A stretch of 64,000 nt of DNA, taken from assembly GCA_050230475.1 (NCBI GenBank), contig JBFLGF010000087.1, forward strand, positions 1-64,000. Reading direction: 5' to 3'. The notes under the pieces are model-generated. The model was given only the letters and a program-made list of their open reading frames with translations, did no database searches and was not told the DNA's origin. Each line of letters opens with the position of its first letter. The first letter of the stretch is position 1. Position numbers and translations under genes: made by a program. Of this stretch, positions 22,991-36,172 are shown in pieces. The stretch comes from Ancylonema sp. Taxonomy: Eukaryota.

Positions 22991-25900
22991 GGCTGCCACA
23001 TAGCGTCTCCTGCCGTACAGTGAGTAGCCGACTTCCGCTAACTACTGCCAAGTGCACATCCGACATTACAAGACAAGCGCCGAGCTTTGTCGTTATCTGA
23101 AATGTACGACGAGCTCCCTCTAGCACCACTGGCCACATTGTCATGGAACTGTCCTCGATGAGTTGTTAGTGACGCGCAAGTGGTACCACAGGGCACTGAC
23201 CAATGTTTCAAACATTCTTCCGGACATAGCGCCGTGTCTGGCGGAGCAATCATGACTCTTCCATGTTGCGACAATCAAATCGTTCTATCGTGAAACGAAA
23301 CACTTGGATAAAAACTTGGACCCGCGCATGCGTCAACTTATTGTGTAGGCACATATACCCACGCCCACGCCAAATCACTATACATGCACATGCACCCGTG
23401 CCCGCGCCCATATAGGCGCACGATCGTCTATTGTCCGACATCAATAACTTCGACACATCCCCCAAATATGTATGCGTCATGAATGTAGTGTCCCTCGTCA
23501 CTTCGTTCTATCAAATCAACAGTACTCCATCATACAGCAGCTTTAGGCGTTGCGCAGGATAGTTCACTTTCAGCATACTAGCAACTCTAAGGTATGCCGT
23601 CTTCATACCGGAGGCAAGGCCAATCGGACATCCATTATTTACATACACCCAGAACCATTTCTCTTCCTCCCCTTACCAAGATTGCCCAAGTTCACAACCT
23701 CCTCGCTATTAAACTCAGATTGAGTCTGTGGACCTACGATGACCATCTTTAGTTTGTTCAACTTCCCTCCCCACATCAAACACCACCAACTTCGCAGAAA
23801 TGAATACTGACACTAAAACTAAAAAATGGATTTGACTCACATGCCTAAATCACAAGCTGTTCCACGCCATCCCACCCCTCGCCCCAATCCCTACTGTTAT
23901 CTAAGCATACATCCCTAACCGATTTCTAGCTCCAGAAGTATTGCTCCCAAGAGATCCTCCCTCCCTCTCCTTCCTCTACCTTCCTCCCATCAGCCCAGCC
24001 CCCTGCGCAGCTCTGGGAACCTGCAGCTCTGCCCTATCAACAGGCGGCCTCTGGGGATCGGGTGTGGCACTTCTCCCCCCCCCATCTCCTCCCTCTCCCT
24101 CCCCTCCACAGGATTGGGCGGGCGGGGCTGGCGTCCGCCTTCCCTGCGGGTAGTGGGTGCTGCGTCAGACTCCTGCATTCCGACCAGGAGGTAACAAATA
24201 TGATGAGATGGGGGGGGGGTGACATGGCACTGAGGCCTATCGTAAGCCGGACAAAGCATGCCAATATGTGTCCGTTTGACTACTCTATAACTACATACTT
24301 AAGAGTTCATTGTTTGTGACATTTAAATATTCATCATATCCATTTTCTGAGGTTCTTAAGGTACACATGCTTTTTTCATCTTAAAAAACCACTTCTGCCA
24401 TTTCTGATCATTTCTGCACCCAACCCTGACCTCCCCTGCTCTGACTCTCATCCCCATCCCCCATCCCCCATCCCCCATCCCAAGTCCAAATATGTCAGCT
24501 GGCACAGCCCCCCCTGCAGGCCCCCTCAGGTATTTTCTTCTTCTTCTTTCTTTTTTTCCTTGCTACACGCCTCATTCAATTCCTTCCACCCCCCACCCCC
24601 CACCCTCCACCCCCCTCATTCACTCACCACTCCATCATGCACTGCCTCCTCCTCCCCATCCCCTTCCATCCCCCTCTCCTCCCCTGCCCCCTCTGCCTGT
24701 GCCTCTGCCCCCCCTTCCTCCTGAATCCTCTCCATTAGCTCCTGGTAGTGACTCACATCTGCCAGCCCCCCCACCCCCACCCCCTCTCAGATACAGCCTC
24801 CCTTTTCTGCCCTCCCACTCTCTATGTATTGTTTCCTACTTGTTATATCGAACTTACTCCTAGTCATATCGAATTTCCTCCTTGTTATATCGAACTTCCT
24901 CCTTGTTATATCGAGTTCCCTCTCTGTCACATCTGAATTGCGTTACCTGTGGCCCGGTGCTTGAGGGCGGCGTCTACCCGGGTGCGGTAGTTGCGGTCTT
25001 CTTTCAGGTATTTGCTTTTCAGCTGCTTGCGCGTGCGGTTGGGGAAGAGGCGACCAATCATCACAAAGTCGGACCCGTATTGCTCCAACCCCTGCCCAAA
25101 CCAAACCAAAACGAATCGAAACCCTGAAAAAGTTACATGTTAAGAAACACACTGAAACCCTACATAGTTTCACACATGACGTGATACACCACATGCCTAC
25201 ATCCCAACACGCCATAACCAACCTTTGAACAACCCTAACAAATAAATAATTTCCAACCCACCTTCCAACCCCTTGGCAAGACAGACATAATCGAAATACA
25301 AATCCAACATTCCATACCCCCCAACCCCCCCCCCCCCTGAAACTAAATTTGGCCCTCAGATAGAGCAGAGGTCATTCAAAACCCACCCCTCTCTTCATCC
25401 AACATTCCCATGGTGTGTGATGCAAACATATATTTTTCTTTACACATGTATACATATATAATTAAATACATATATACATAGATACATACATACATAAATA
25501 CATATGCATGCATGGAGACATGTGTGCATACCACACCCCACATCCCCCCACCTTGTAGAAGAGGTCCGTGGCTTCCACCGACCATCTTTCGGGCGTGGTC
25601 CAGTTGGAGTAGGAGCGGCTGTTGAGGAGCATGTCCGACCCCTCTACTCTGCGGAACGTTCCGGTGTCCGTTTTAGCGGACGCCTGAGCGTTGACCGTCA
25701 GCGTGTGCTGGTTGATAACGAGCTGTCCGTTCACGAGCTGGAGCTGGGGAGCCAATGCCAGACTGCCACATGTGCAACGGGTATACAGAACCACACGCCT
25801 TGTCAGCATAGTGTGACAGACCACATGGCACGGGTCGCAGGCTTTACAGCTGAGAAGTAAACCGTAAACCGTAAACCGTAAACCGTAAACCGTAAACCGT

Positions 25901-26141
25901 AAACCGTAAACCGTAAACCGTAAACCGTAACCCGTAAACCGTAAACCGTAAACCGTAAACCCTAAACCCTAAGCCTGAAACCAATCACTTTACAAACTGA
26001 ATCCTGAAACTGAACACGGTGAGGTGAAGTTTCCAAATACGTTATCAAGAAGAAAAACGCTACCAGACGTCTCATCTCCCCCCCTCCCATTCAGATTCAG
26101 TCCAAATACAGTCCTCCCCACCCATCCAGTCCCCCCCCCCC
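22991..26141. repeat. Near-identical copy of 27167-30320 carrying BDP1 exons 4-6 (25762-25552, 25091-24947, from 24758) without 5' exons
   Basis: Offset ~4176-4179 with only single-base indels seen. The right junction lies in a poly-C run (26131-26144). Confidence 0.93.
25857..25975. repeat. (CCGTAAA)n variant telomere-like array grading into CCCTAAA; duplicated at 30036-30154
   Basis: About 14 CCGTAAA units followed by CCCTAAACCCTAA in BDP1 intron 3. Confidence 0.92.
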
Positions 26142-28794
26142 CCCAGCCCGGGTGGGACCCCCCCAACCCGGATTTCATGCCCTTTTGGACATGGTCGGGG
26201 AAACGGGTTGGGAGTGCAATGCAATGTGTGCAAGGCACACTGGCTCGTTCTCTCCACACAATGTCGAATTTGGTGCTGAAATATTTTGTTTAGGTACCCA
26301 AAATGGATAGACACAATGGACGGTTTAAGTGTTTCTTGTCATTTGTTATTATTCATCAAGTTTTGGGATGGAGCCGAGAATTAGCATCGGGCAAATTGCG
26401 ACACATACACCCCAAAAGTACTGCCAATGAAGGAGAGGCCAAAGTAAGCAACACCTTGCAGAAGAATATCTATATGCTCAGGTGGATGACTCATAATGCG
26501 AAATCTATAAAATAGTCCATGTACCGACTAATGCTCAATGTCCTGTCATCTAACATCGTGCCATCCTCACACGTGTCATAATATCGTTCTAACGAACATT
26601 ACCATTGAGTGCACCACATTTGTGCAAAACACTACTTCCCTACACGCGTGCCCGCTCACATGTGCAACATGATATAGTCCAGATCCACACTGTACTAATG
26701 CAATACAACTAATGGCCACCGCCGATACCTCACTAGCATTGAAGGCATGCCAAATGTAAATCACGAGTCAGCCCACTAGCAAGGCAGTGCCAAGGCATGG
26801 ACGTGACGTGTCCGCAATGTAAGGATGGTTGTAAAGGTTGTTATTTCACCAAATCGATTCTGAATGCAGATCACCCGTTCAAATGCCCTTTCCAATTGAG
26901 AACAGAATATACATACACATGCCTGCCGAGCACACTAACAACGATAATTGCACGATAATGCAAAATGCAACTGTGTTCCTAAGGTGCACTTTGACCGAAT
27001 GAGGCCAGAGTGCAAAAATCACGGATCGTATAGTTCCTAACCGAAAAAGCATCTGCAAACTTTTGCGGCGCCCACTCGCCGACCTACATGCTAGCATCTT
27101 CATTTTTAGACAAGTAGTATAGTAGCGATGTCATGCGGATCGACTCCGCGGCTGGATACAATCTACGGCTGCCACATAGCGTCTCCTGCCGTACAGTTGA
27201 GTAGCCGACTTCCGCTAACTACTGCCAAGTGCACATCCGACATTACAAGACAAGCGCCGAGCTTTGTCGTTATCTGAAATGTACGACGAGCTCCCTCTAG
27301 CACCACTGGCCACATTGTCATGGAACTGTCCTCGATGAGTTGTTAGTGACGCGCAAGTGGTACCACAGGGCACTGACCAATGTTTCAAACATTCTTCCGG
27401 ACATAGCGCCGTGTCTGGCGGAGCAATCATGACTCTTCCATGTTGCGACAATCAAATCGTTCTATCGTGAAACGAAACACTTGGATAAAAACTTGGACCC
27501 GCGCATGCGTCAACTTATTGTGTAGGCACATATACCCACGCCCACGCCAAATCACTATACATGCACATGCACCCGTGCCCGCGCCCATATAGGCGCACGA
27601 TCGTCTATTGTCCGACATCAATAACTTCGACACATCCCCCAAATATGTATGCGTCATGAATGTAGTGTCCCTCGTCACTTCGTTCTATCAAAATCAACAG
27701 TACTCCATCATACAGCAGCTTTAGGCGTTGCGCAGGATAGTTCACTTTCAGCATACTAGCAACTCTAAGGTATGCCGTCTTCATACCGGAGGCAAGGCCA
27801 ATCGGACATCCATTATTTACATACACCCAGAACCATTTCTCTTCCTCCCCTTACCAAGATTGCCCAAGTTCACAACCTCCTCGCTATTAAACTCAGATTG
27901 AGTCTGTGGACCTACGATGACCATCTTTAGTTTGTTCAACTTCCCTCCCCACATCAAACACCACCAACTTCGCAGAAATGAATACTGACACTAAAACTAA
28001 AAAATGGATTTGACTCACATGCCTAAATCACAAGCTGTTCCACGCCATCCCACCCCTCGCCCCAATCCCTACTGTTATCTAAGCATACATCCCTAACCGA
28101 TTTCTAGCTCCAGAAGTATTGCTCCCAAGAGATCCTCCCTCCCTCTCCTTCCTCTACCTTCCTCCCATCAGCCCAGCCCCCTGCGCAGCTCTGGGAACCT
28201 GCAGCTCTGCCCTATCAACAGGCGGCCTCTGGGGATCGGGTGTGGCACTTCTCCCCCCCCCATCTCCCTCCCTCTCCCTCCCCTCCACAGGATTGGGCGG
28301 GCGGGGCTGGCGTCCGCCTTCCCTGCGGGTAGTGGGTGCTGCGTCAGACTCCTGCATTCCGACCAGGAGGTAACAAATATGATGAGATGGGGGGGGGGTG
28401 ACATGGCACTGAGGCCTATCGTAAGCCGGACAAAGCATGCCAATATGTGTCCGTTTGACTACTCTATAACTACATACTTAAGAGTTCATTGTTTGTGACA
28501 TTTAAATATTCATCATATCCATTTTCTGAGGTTCTTAAGGTACACATGCTTTTTTCATCTTAAAAAACCACTTCTGCCATTTCTGATCATTTCTGCACCC
28601 AACCCTGACCTCCCCTGCTCTGACTCTCATCCCCATCCCCCATCCCCCATCCCCCATCCCAAGTCCAAATATGTCAGCTGGCACAGCCCCCCCTGCAGGC
28701 CCCCTCAGGTATTTTCTTCTTCTTCTTTCTTTTTTTCCTTGCTACACGCCTCATTCAATTCCTTCCACCCCCCACCCCCCACCCTCCACCCCCC

Positions 28795-31700
28795 TCATTC
28801 ACTCACCACTCCATCATGCACTGCCTCCTCCTCCCCATCCCCTTCCATCCCCCTCTCCTCCCCTGCCCCCTCTGCCTGTGCCTCTGCCCCCCCTTCCTCC
28901 TGAATCCTCTCCATTAGCTCCTGGTAGTGACTCACATCTGCCAGCCCCCCCACCCCCACCCCCTCTCAGATACAGCCTCCCTTTTCTGCCCTCCCACTCT
29001 CTATGTATTGTTTCCTACTTGTTATATCGAACTTACTCCTAGTCATATCGAATTTCCTCCTTGTTATATCGAACTTCCTCCTTGTTATATCGAGTTCCCT
29101 CTCTGTCACATCTGAATTGCGTTACCTGTGGCCCGGTGCTTGAGGGCGGCGTCTACCCGGGTGCGGTAGTTGCGGTCTTCTTTCAGGTATTTGCTTTTCA
29201 GCTGCTTGCGCGTGCGGTTGGGGAAGAGGCGACCAATCATCACAAAGTCGGACCCGTATTGCTCCAACCCCTGCCCAAACCAAACCAAAACGAATCGAAA
29301 CCCTGAAAAAGTTACATGTTAAGAAACACACTGAAACCCTACATAGTTTCACACATGACGTGATACACCACATGCCTACATCCCAACACGCCATAACCAA
29401 CCTTTGAACAACCCTAACAAATAAATAATTTCCAACCCACCTTCCAACCCCTTGGCAAGACAGACATAATCGAAATACAAATCCAACATTCCATACCCCC
29501 CAACCCCCCCCCCCCCTGAAACTAAATTTGGCCCTCAGATAGAGCAGAGGTCATTCAAAACCCACCCCTCTCTTCATCCAACATTCCCATGGTGTGTGAT
29601 GCAAACATATATTTTTCTTTACACATGTATACATATATAATTAAATACATATATACATAGATACATACATACATAAATACATATGCATGCATGGAGACAT
29701 GTGTGCATACCACACCCCACATCCCCCCACCTTGTAGAAGAGGTCCGTGGCTTCCACCGACCATCTTTCGGGCGTGGTCCAGTTGGAGTAGGAGCGGCTG
29801 TTGAGGAGCATGTCCGACCCCTCTACTCTGCGGAACGTTCCGGTGTCCGTTTTAGCGGACGCCTGAGCGTTGACCGTCAGCGTGTGCTGGTTGATAACGA
29901 GCTGTCCGTTCACGAGCTGGAGCTGGGGAGCCAATGCCAGACTGCCACATGTGCAACGGGTATACAGAACCACACGCCTTGTCAGCATAGTGTGACAGAC
30001 CACATGGCACGGGTCGCAGGCTTTACAGCTGAGAAGTAAACCGTAAACCGTAAACCGTAAACCGTAAACCGTAAACCGTAAACCGTAAACCGTAAACCGT
30101 AAACCGTAACCCGTAAACCGTAAACCGTAAACCGTAAACCCTAAACCCTAAGCCTGAAACCAATCACTTTACAAACTGAATCCTGAAACTGAACACGGTG
30201 AGGTGAAGTTTCCAAATACGTTATCAAGAAGAAAAACGCTACCAGACGTCTCATCTCCCCCCCTCCCATTCAGATTCAGTCCAAATACAGTCCTCCCCAC
30301 CCATCCAGTCCCCCCCCCCCTCTCACCCGTCCACCGCTGTTTCCTGCCCCTTTTCCCTCCCCGGCATTCTGGCCCCCAGCCGAGCATCCCTCTCCTGCCT
30401 CTCCCCCGCCTTCCTGGCAGTTTCCTCCCTCTCCACCTGGTTGCCGATGGCATTCGCCCGCTGGATGAGCCTCTTGAGCACCAGAGTGTGCGCATCTGCA
30501 TCGTCCATATCCAGCAGAGCGCGCCGGACTGCACAGGCCCCCCCATCCCCAATCAAAACCCAGAACCAAACCCCGATTTTCAAACCCCAAACCCCAGACC
30601 TCAAACCTAAAACCTCAAACCATGCCTGTTCCATTACCTTCACATGCTTAAAAGACGACTACAACACTGGGTAAGTGGGCCAACCCACACTATTCTAAAC
30701 CCCAAACCCCAAACCCTAAACCCTAAACCCTAAACCCCAGGATTCTGAACCCGGATGCGTGGTAAAGTGTGTTCTACACCTGGCCCTTACCTCCCTTTCC
30801 TATATTCCTCCTGTCCTTCGACCCTGCTCTCCTTTTCATTTTAGGCATGATAGGCACTATCGCCTGCTCCACAACCTCCTCCTCCTCCACCTCCTCCCCC
30901 TCCACCTCCCCCCCCTCTGTCCCTGCTCCTGCTCCTGCTGCTGCTTCAGCAGCCAACTGCTTCTTCCCTCTCCCCCTCCCCTTCTTCCGTACTGGCTGTT
31001 CCTCCTCCCCCCCCTCCCCACCATCCTCCCCATCCCCCCCTTCCCCACACTCCCCTTCCTCCCCCGCACCCCCTCCTTCTCCCCCCCGCCCCACTTCTGC
31101 GCTGGCCACCCTCCCACGACGCTTCCTTTTTTTTAAGCCCCCCTCCCCCGCATTCCCTTCTTCTATACCCTGAGCCCCCTTCTCCCTCCCCTGCCCCCTT
31201 GCTACCCTTTGCCTCGCGGGAAGGACCCCCGCCTCTGAACCCCCGCCTTCTGCTGGGGAGGGCTGCTGCAGTCTCCTTCTCCTCTTGGTTGCCATCTCCT
31301 TCAGTATCGGTGGGGGGGGGAGCAGGACAGGTGGCGATGTCTGAGGGGCTGGAAGAGGAGCAGGGGGGTCTGACGGGCTGGGGAGGGGGCCAGTAAGGGA
31401 TGCAGGGGGAGTGGATTGCGGTGGAGGTAAGGGAGGTGTAGGGTTCAGAATGATGGGTCTGTTGACCAGTGGAACAATTCGATCGGGGAGAGGTGAGGGT
31501 CCAGGTGGGCTTGATAACCGTGTGGGTTCTTCTTCTGAACCCCCGCGCTGGAGTGTGGAGGGGGGAGGCGATACTGTCAGCTGATCCAAGGAACGTCGGA
31601 CAGCTGTCCTTGTTGGGGCAGATGGTGGGGGAGGGGCTGCGACATGTGGCGCACTGGTAGTGGCTGTTCTTATGGGGGGCAAAGTGTCGGCAGGTGGTGT

Positions 31701-32384
31701 TGAAGTGACAGGTGGAGGCTGTGGAGTTGCAGGAACCAATGCCACCGGGACTGCCACAGGTGGCACAGCAGTGGCAGCCGCAGCAGGAGACACCCCATTG
31801 GTGGTTGGGGGGGTGGGTTGAGGAGGCTGGGTTACAGAAGGTTGGGCAGTTGTGAGGGATGGTGGTGGTGCAGGAGGGGCGGCAGGCTGGGCAGCAGTTG
31901 TCCCCTTACGAGCACGGGGTTTGAATTTTGGCTGGAAGGCACCCGCACGTGGACCTGCAGGAGCATGGACACAAAACGGGGCTCTAAAAAAAGATTGACT
32001 TTGTTCACACCTGAAACAACGTCGCCGCCTCTCGGACCCCCTGACTACTTTTGAGGTTCCTTTCAAGGTTACTTTTGAGGTTACTGGTACATTTGATTGA
32101 GCATTGCGAAGTTATAGGCGCCTCAGGTCCTGGGCTATGTCGATGCAGAGGGCTGAAGGGGGCTGAGGGCGCCGGACCGGTTTCTGATAACACACCAAAG
32201 CATCACATTTCCTCGCTTGTGCACATGTGATATCTTAAATTGACATGTGTCGGCAAGGGTGAAGGCGACTCCTTCTTGTCTATCAGTCAGAGTGCAACGG
32301 AGTGGCGCTATTTTCTTTCGTATGTTGTAAGGGAATCGAACCTGTTGCTGCCGCTTGCAGTGCAGCATCAAGAGTCGACAGCAT
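28795..32384 (-). CDS. BDP1: BDP1, RNA polymerase III factor TFIIIB B'' subunit, copy B. Exons 32384-32342, 31954-30791, 30528-30327, 29941-29731, 29270-29126, 28937-~28795 (3' end uncertain)
   Basis: APQLQLVNGQLVINQHTL plus the Bdp1 SANT domain RWSVEATDLFYKGLEQYGSDFVMIGRLFPNRTRKQLKSKYLKEDR. Splice phases are consistent. Confidence 0.9.
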
Positions 32385-33377
32385 CGCAAAAATCTTACGA
32401 GTCCATGCAGTGATGAAATACGAGTCCACGAAATGGTGTTCTGGCGACACCTACGGGTGCGGTACAATATCTACGGGGCTATCTGCTATATGGCCGTATT
32501 CCAAGATATTTGTTTCGGTTGACATTAGAGGATAATGAAGGAGCGAAGTGAGAAGTGTCTCCTGACGGATGGTTATTAATATTGTGTACTGCGTGGTGAG
32601 GCGTAGCTACACTTTTAACGCACTAGCCTCTCATTCGTACTCTCCTTGTAGACACGGCACGCTCACATTCCGCACAACCTCTTCGCATGTGCGCTCGCGT
32701 TGGCATTGTCATTGACGCACACACTTATCTGGCATGTTCATTCGCATGTCCCCTGCGGCATTGTTCGTATACTAGCGGTCCGGGGCCATATCACATTCCT
32801 TCGCTATCCATTGCGGGCAGCAAATCAATACGCACCCCTGTATATACGAGCGTACCCCGTTCCATTCCATAGTTTTTAGAAACCGGGCCGTGTTCCGGTG
32901 CTCCAACGAAAACACGCCCCTTGATTTGGGAATCGTATGGTTGTGTACATCCACGTGTCCGCGAGGTGCCCATGCCGATACACCGCGGTCGTTTAGGCGA
33001 AATTGACGTACAATTTATGCACGTCCGTGACGTGTACTTCTGAAAATGCGTCGTGGCTCCATCTTCGCCGATTTTCGCCGACCAGCTACCCGTGCCATGT
33101 GGAATTGCACTGCCCCATGGTCTGGCAATTGCAATGCAGCTATGCAGTGCTAGCCCACCCTGCTATTGAGGTAGAGCACCGACAGCTTTGTACGTACCTA
33201 TTTTTGCATGTATGCTAACAGGAAAAGGAATGGAGGTTGTGCCAACAGATAGTGCAACTGTCTATTCAGCTGGAAGTGTCGGAAGCACGGTCTTACTGCA
33301 GAGCAGCCATTGCATTCGTCAGGCTGAGCTGTGTCTTCGCCTAAGCTTTGTCTCCTGATTTATTTGGTGAATCGAAT

Positions 33378-33905
33378 ATGGACCTCATATGTTCTCGCCA
33401 AAGTTGTCTCTGGCTTCTTCTAGCGTGGCTTGCGGTCTGTTCTCGCAGTTGCAAAGCAAAAGCAGAAAATCTACAATTGACGGCATACGAGCAACTTGAA
33501 GCCCATGGGTTGCCGCCAAACTTACTCCCGAATACTGTTCAATCTTACACCCTATACGATGACGGTTATTTTGAGTTGCGATTGGATGGGGAATGCTATG
33601 CAGAGATCATAGATGGTACAGTGCCACTATATTACGCCCCAACCTTGACAGGCTATCTTTCTGACAAGAAGCTAGGTTCTTTAAAAGGCATCTCCGTAAA
33701 GCCAACTATCTACACCTTCATCTGGTTGCGGGTTATGACCATTTACGTAACTCTGTCCCCCGATAATCTGCATATCGGGGTCGGGCTCGGGCTCTCCGAA
33801 GCTATACCTCTATCTGAATTCTCGGGGGACAGTCCTACCTGTATTCCAAATAAAGTTTCTTGGTGGTCCAAGTCCAGATATCGGGGGACTGCTTTTTGGC
33901 GCTAA
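33378..33905 (+). CDS. DUF538 family protein, copy B
   Basis: Colinear, diverged paralog of 22042-22569; ORF intact. Confidence 0.88.
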   Translation: MDLICSRQSCLWLLLAWLAVCSRSCKAKAENLQLTAYEQLEAHGLPPNLLPNTVQSYTLYDDGYFELRLDGECYAEIIDGTVPLYYAPTLTGYLSDKKLGSLKGISVKPTIYTFIWLRVMTIYVTLSPDNLHIGVGLGLSEAIPLSEFSGDSPTCIPNKVSWWSKSRYRGTAFWR

Positions 33906-35090
33906 AGGTAATTGGTGATATGCTTTTACGGCCACTTGAAAATGCGTAGAGAATCAGATATATCTTGACCACAGCTCTTACGGATCACAGCTATAATGAG
34001 ATTGCTGCTCATAAATTCCATGCATAGCATTAGTGTGTAAACCTATACCATTACCTATTCCTCGTTATTCAATAAGACAATGTCTTCATTGAACTATGTG
34101 AACGAGGGAATGGTTTTGAAGGGGCCAGGCTAGGAGGGAATGATCCTTATCATGTCAGGTGCAATAAGTTTGTGGGGGCAATGTGGTCCACCAAACAGAG
34201 AGTGAGCGAGTATATAAGATGAAATCACTGCTGGTTCTGAACTACGCATGATGTTTCCAAACTGTATTTTTGCTCTTAGAGTTATTGATGTTGGAAATAC
34301 TGGATGGAGAAGGTGTGGTTTTACGTTTTGGACACAGTGTAGAATACTACAACCATAATACTCTGAGTAAGCAAGAATTTTTTATCTCCTAATCTGCAAG
34401 TATGTCATTTTTTTACTTGTGTGCAGGCACGGTGGATCAATGTTGTCGGGACAGAAGGCGGTGATAGAGCTCCTCATATGGTTCCATTTAGCCGAGAGAG
34501 TTTTGATGGGAAGCATGATAATGGTGGCAATATTATCATGTCAAATATGTGGTTGTCAAATATTAAGACGCTTGGGAGCGGTTGTGTGCCAATTGCAATT
34601 CTGCACGACTCTCTTGCAATGTGATCATCGGTGGCCTCATCAATCACCAAGCTAGACATGTGTAGCAGTGTAAACAAGAGATGGAGGTAGGATGGCGAAT
34701 GATGGGGAACAACAAGAGGCTTAGATTTCCAACACTCAATTATTTAGTTGCCGCAATGCATGCCAATAAAGTGGTACCGCTTCGAATGTCTAGGAATACG
34801 AAAGTGTGGACCATGGAGAACCACATCTACTATTATTTCAGACACTATGTGCTCAATGAGTCTCATGAGTGTACTTTTTCACATTTGTTACCGAATTCGG
34901 TAATCAGCTCAACTCAATATGTACTAGTGTAGCTCATGTACCTATGCTGTATATGTAGTATAATGTTGACGACTTCACTACATGAACAGCTAAGTCTAAT
35001 CAGGTCCGTACGCAAGTTATCATGTGCGAAGGTACGAATGCTGGTAAAATTGATTAGGTTTTTTTGCCGAGGTATTGTACCATATACAAC

Positions 35091-35286
35091 AGAGTAATCC
35101 ATGGCCTTGTTACCTCCCCTCACCGCGCGTTCCACTTTCTTAACCGGAGTTGCATATTGTTGCTAGTTTTGTCTAGTACGATTGGCTCAGATGTTTGTCG
35201 TTTTTTAGGATATGTAGTCTCATTACAAGCACGATCTAGTAATGAGATAGGGTTCCCATCTTTTTCCAATAATTTACAATTCTCTC
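35091..35286 (+). mobile_element. 5'-truncated copy of the CRE-like retroposon 3' end
   Basis: Aligns by eye to 10735-10965 (ATCCATGG.CTTGTTACCTCCCC...AATAAT.TACAATTCTCTC). Confidence 0.75.
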
Positions 35287-35394
35287 ATACAAAGGTACTT
35301 AACTGGTGAAATAACATACTTGGTAGTACATATCGCTTGCTCGCTTTGCTGACGACAAGGCCAATTTGTATTATCCATGCATGCTCCCACGCAG

Positions 35395-35457
35395 TTCACG
35401 GACGCACGGACGCACGGACGCACGGACGCACTCACGCACGCACGCACGCACGCACGA
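35395..35457. repeat. (GCACGGAC)n/(GCAC)n microsatellite
   Basis: Read directly from the sequence. Confidence 0.85.
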
Positions 35458-36172
35458 AGTGGCGGCCTCGTGCACTAAAATATGGGGGGATTAAACTGTT
35501 GAGTTGCACATTTATTGGCTGCGTGGCTGCTCATCTATGTTGTCAAGTTGTCTTTTCTCGTTTACTTTTATTACATTTTATTTTATTCATATAGTATTTG
35601 ATTTCGACCGATCTGGGACTCGCGTACGCCGTAAATAAAGTCGGCGGCAGCATGTTGGAAACCCTACGTGGATGAAGCGGTTTGGCCGTCGGAAGTAAGA
35701 GTAAGTTAGGAGTAAGTTAGTTTCCCCTGGGACCCGAGAAGAAGCAAGAGAATGTAACCGACAGAGGAAGATTCAGTTCGAGTGTCTGCTCCATCCCACA
35801 CTCATGCTTATCCCTGGAGGCTATACTAGGTGACTGGAACACAGAAGCGACAGCAAGTGCGCTGGCCGATTCAACCTGTCAAATAGCGAACCCGTTTCTT
35901 AAATAGTGCCTCATCGCTGCTGCTAGGAAGACAATGCGGACTGTTTTTTCCCGAGCGTATTTTCGACATTACCCTAGTTTTTATACATGCTTTTGAGACA
36001 TCTAGCCTTCTTTATGGATTTTTTTTAATTTCGTAGAGTCAATGAAGCCCGATCGGCCTTACATATTACAATTTTTTTACGAATGTGGTGAACATAATTG
36101 TTGCTGATGAATTTTGGAACGGCCTTAGGGTGACTTGTCCTGAAAGCTTACCGAAAGCTCCAACCGCCAATT

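Noticed and set aside
26144..27166. Unique segment between BDP1 duplicates as a separate gene
   Set aside because: Only short unrecognisable ORFs; best read as the original flank of the duplicated unit.
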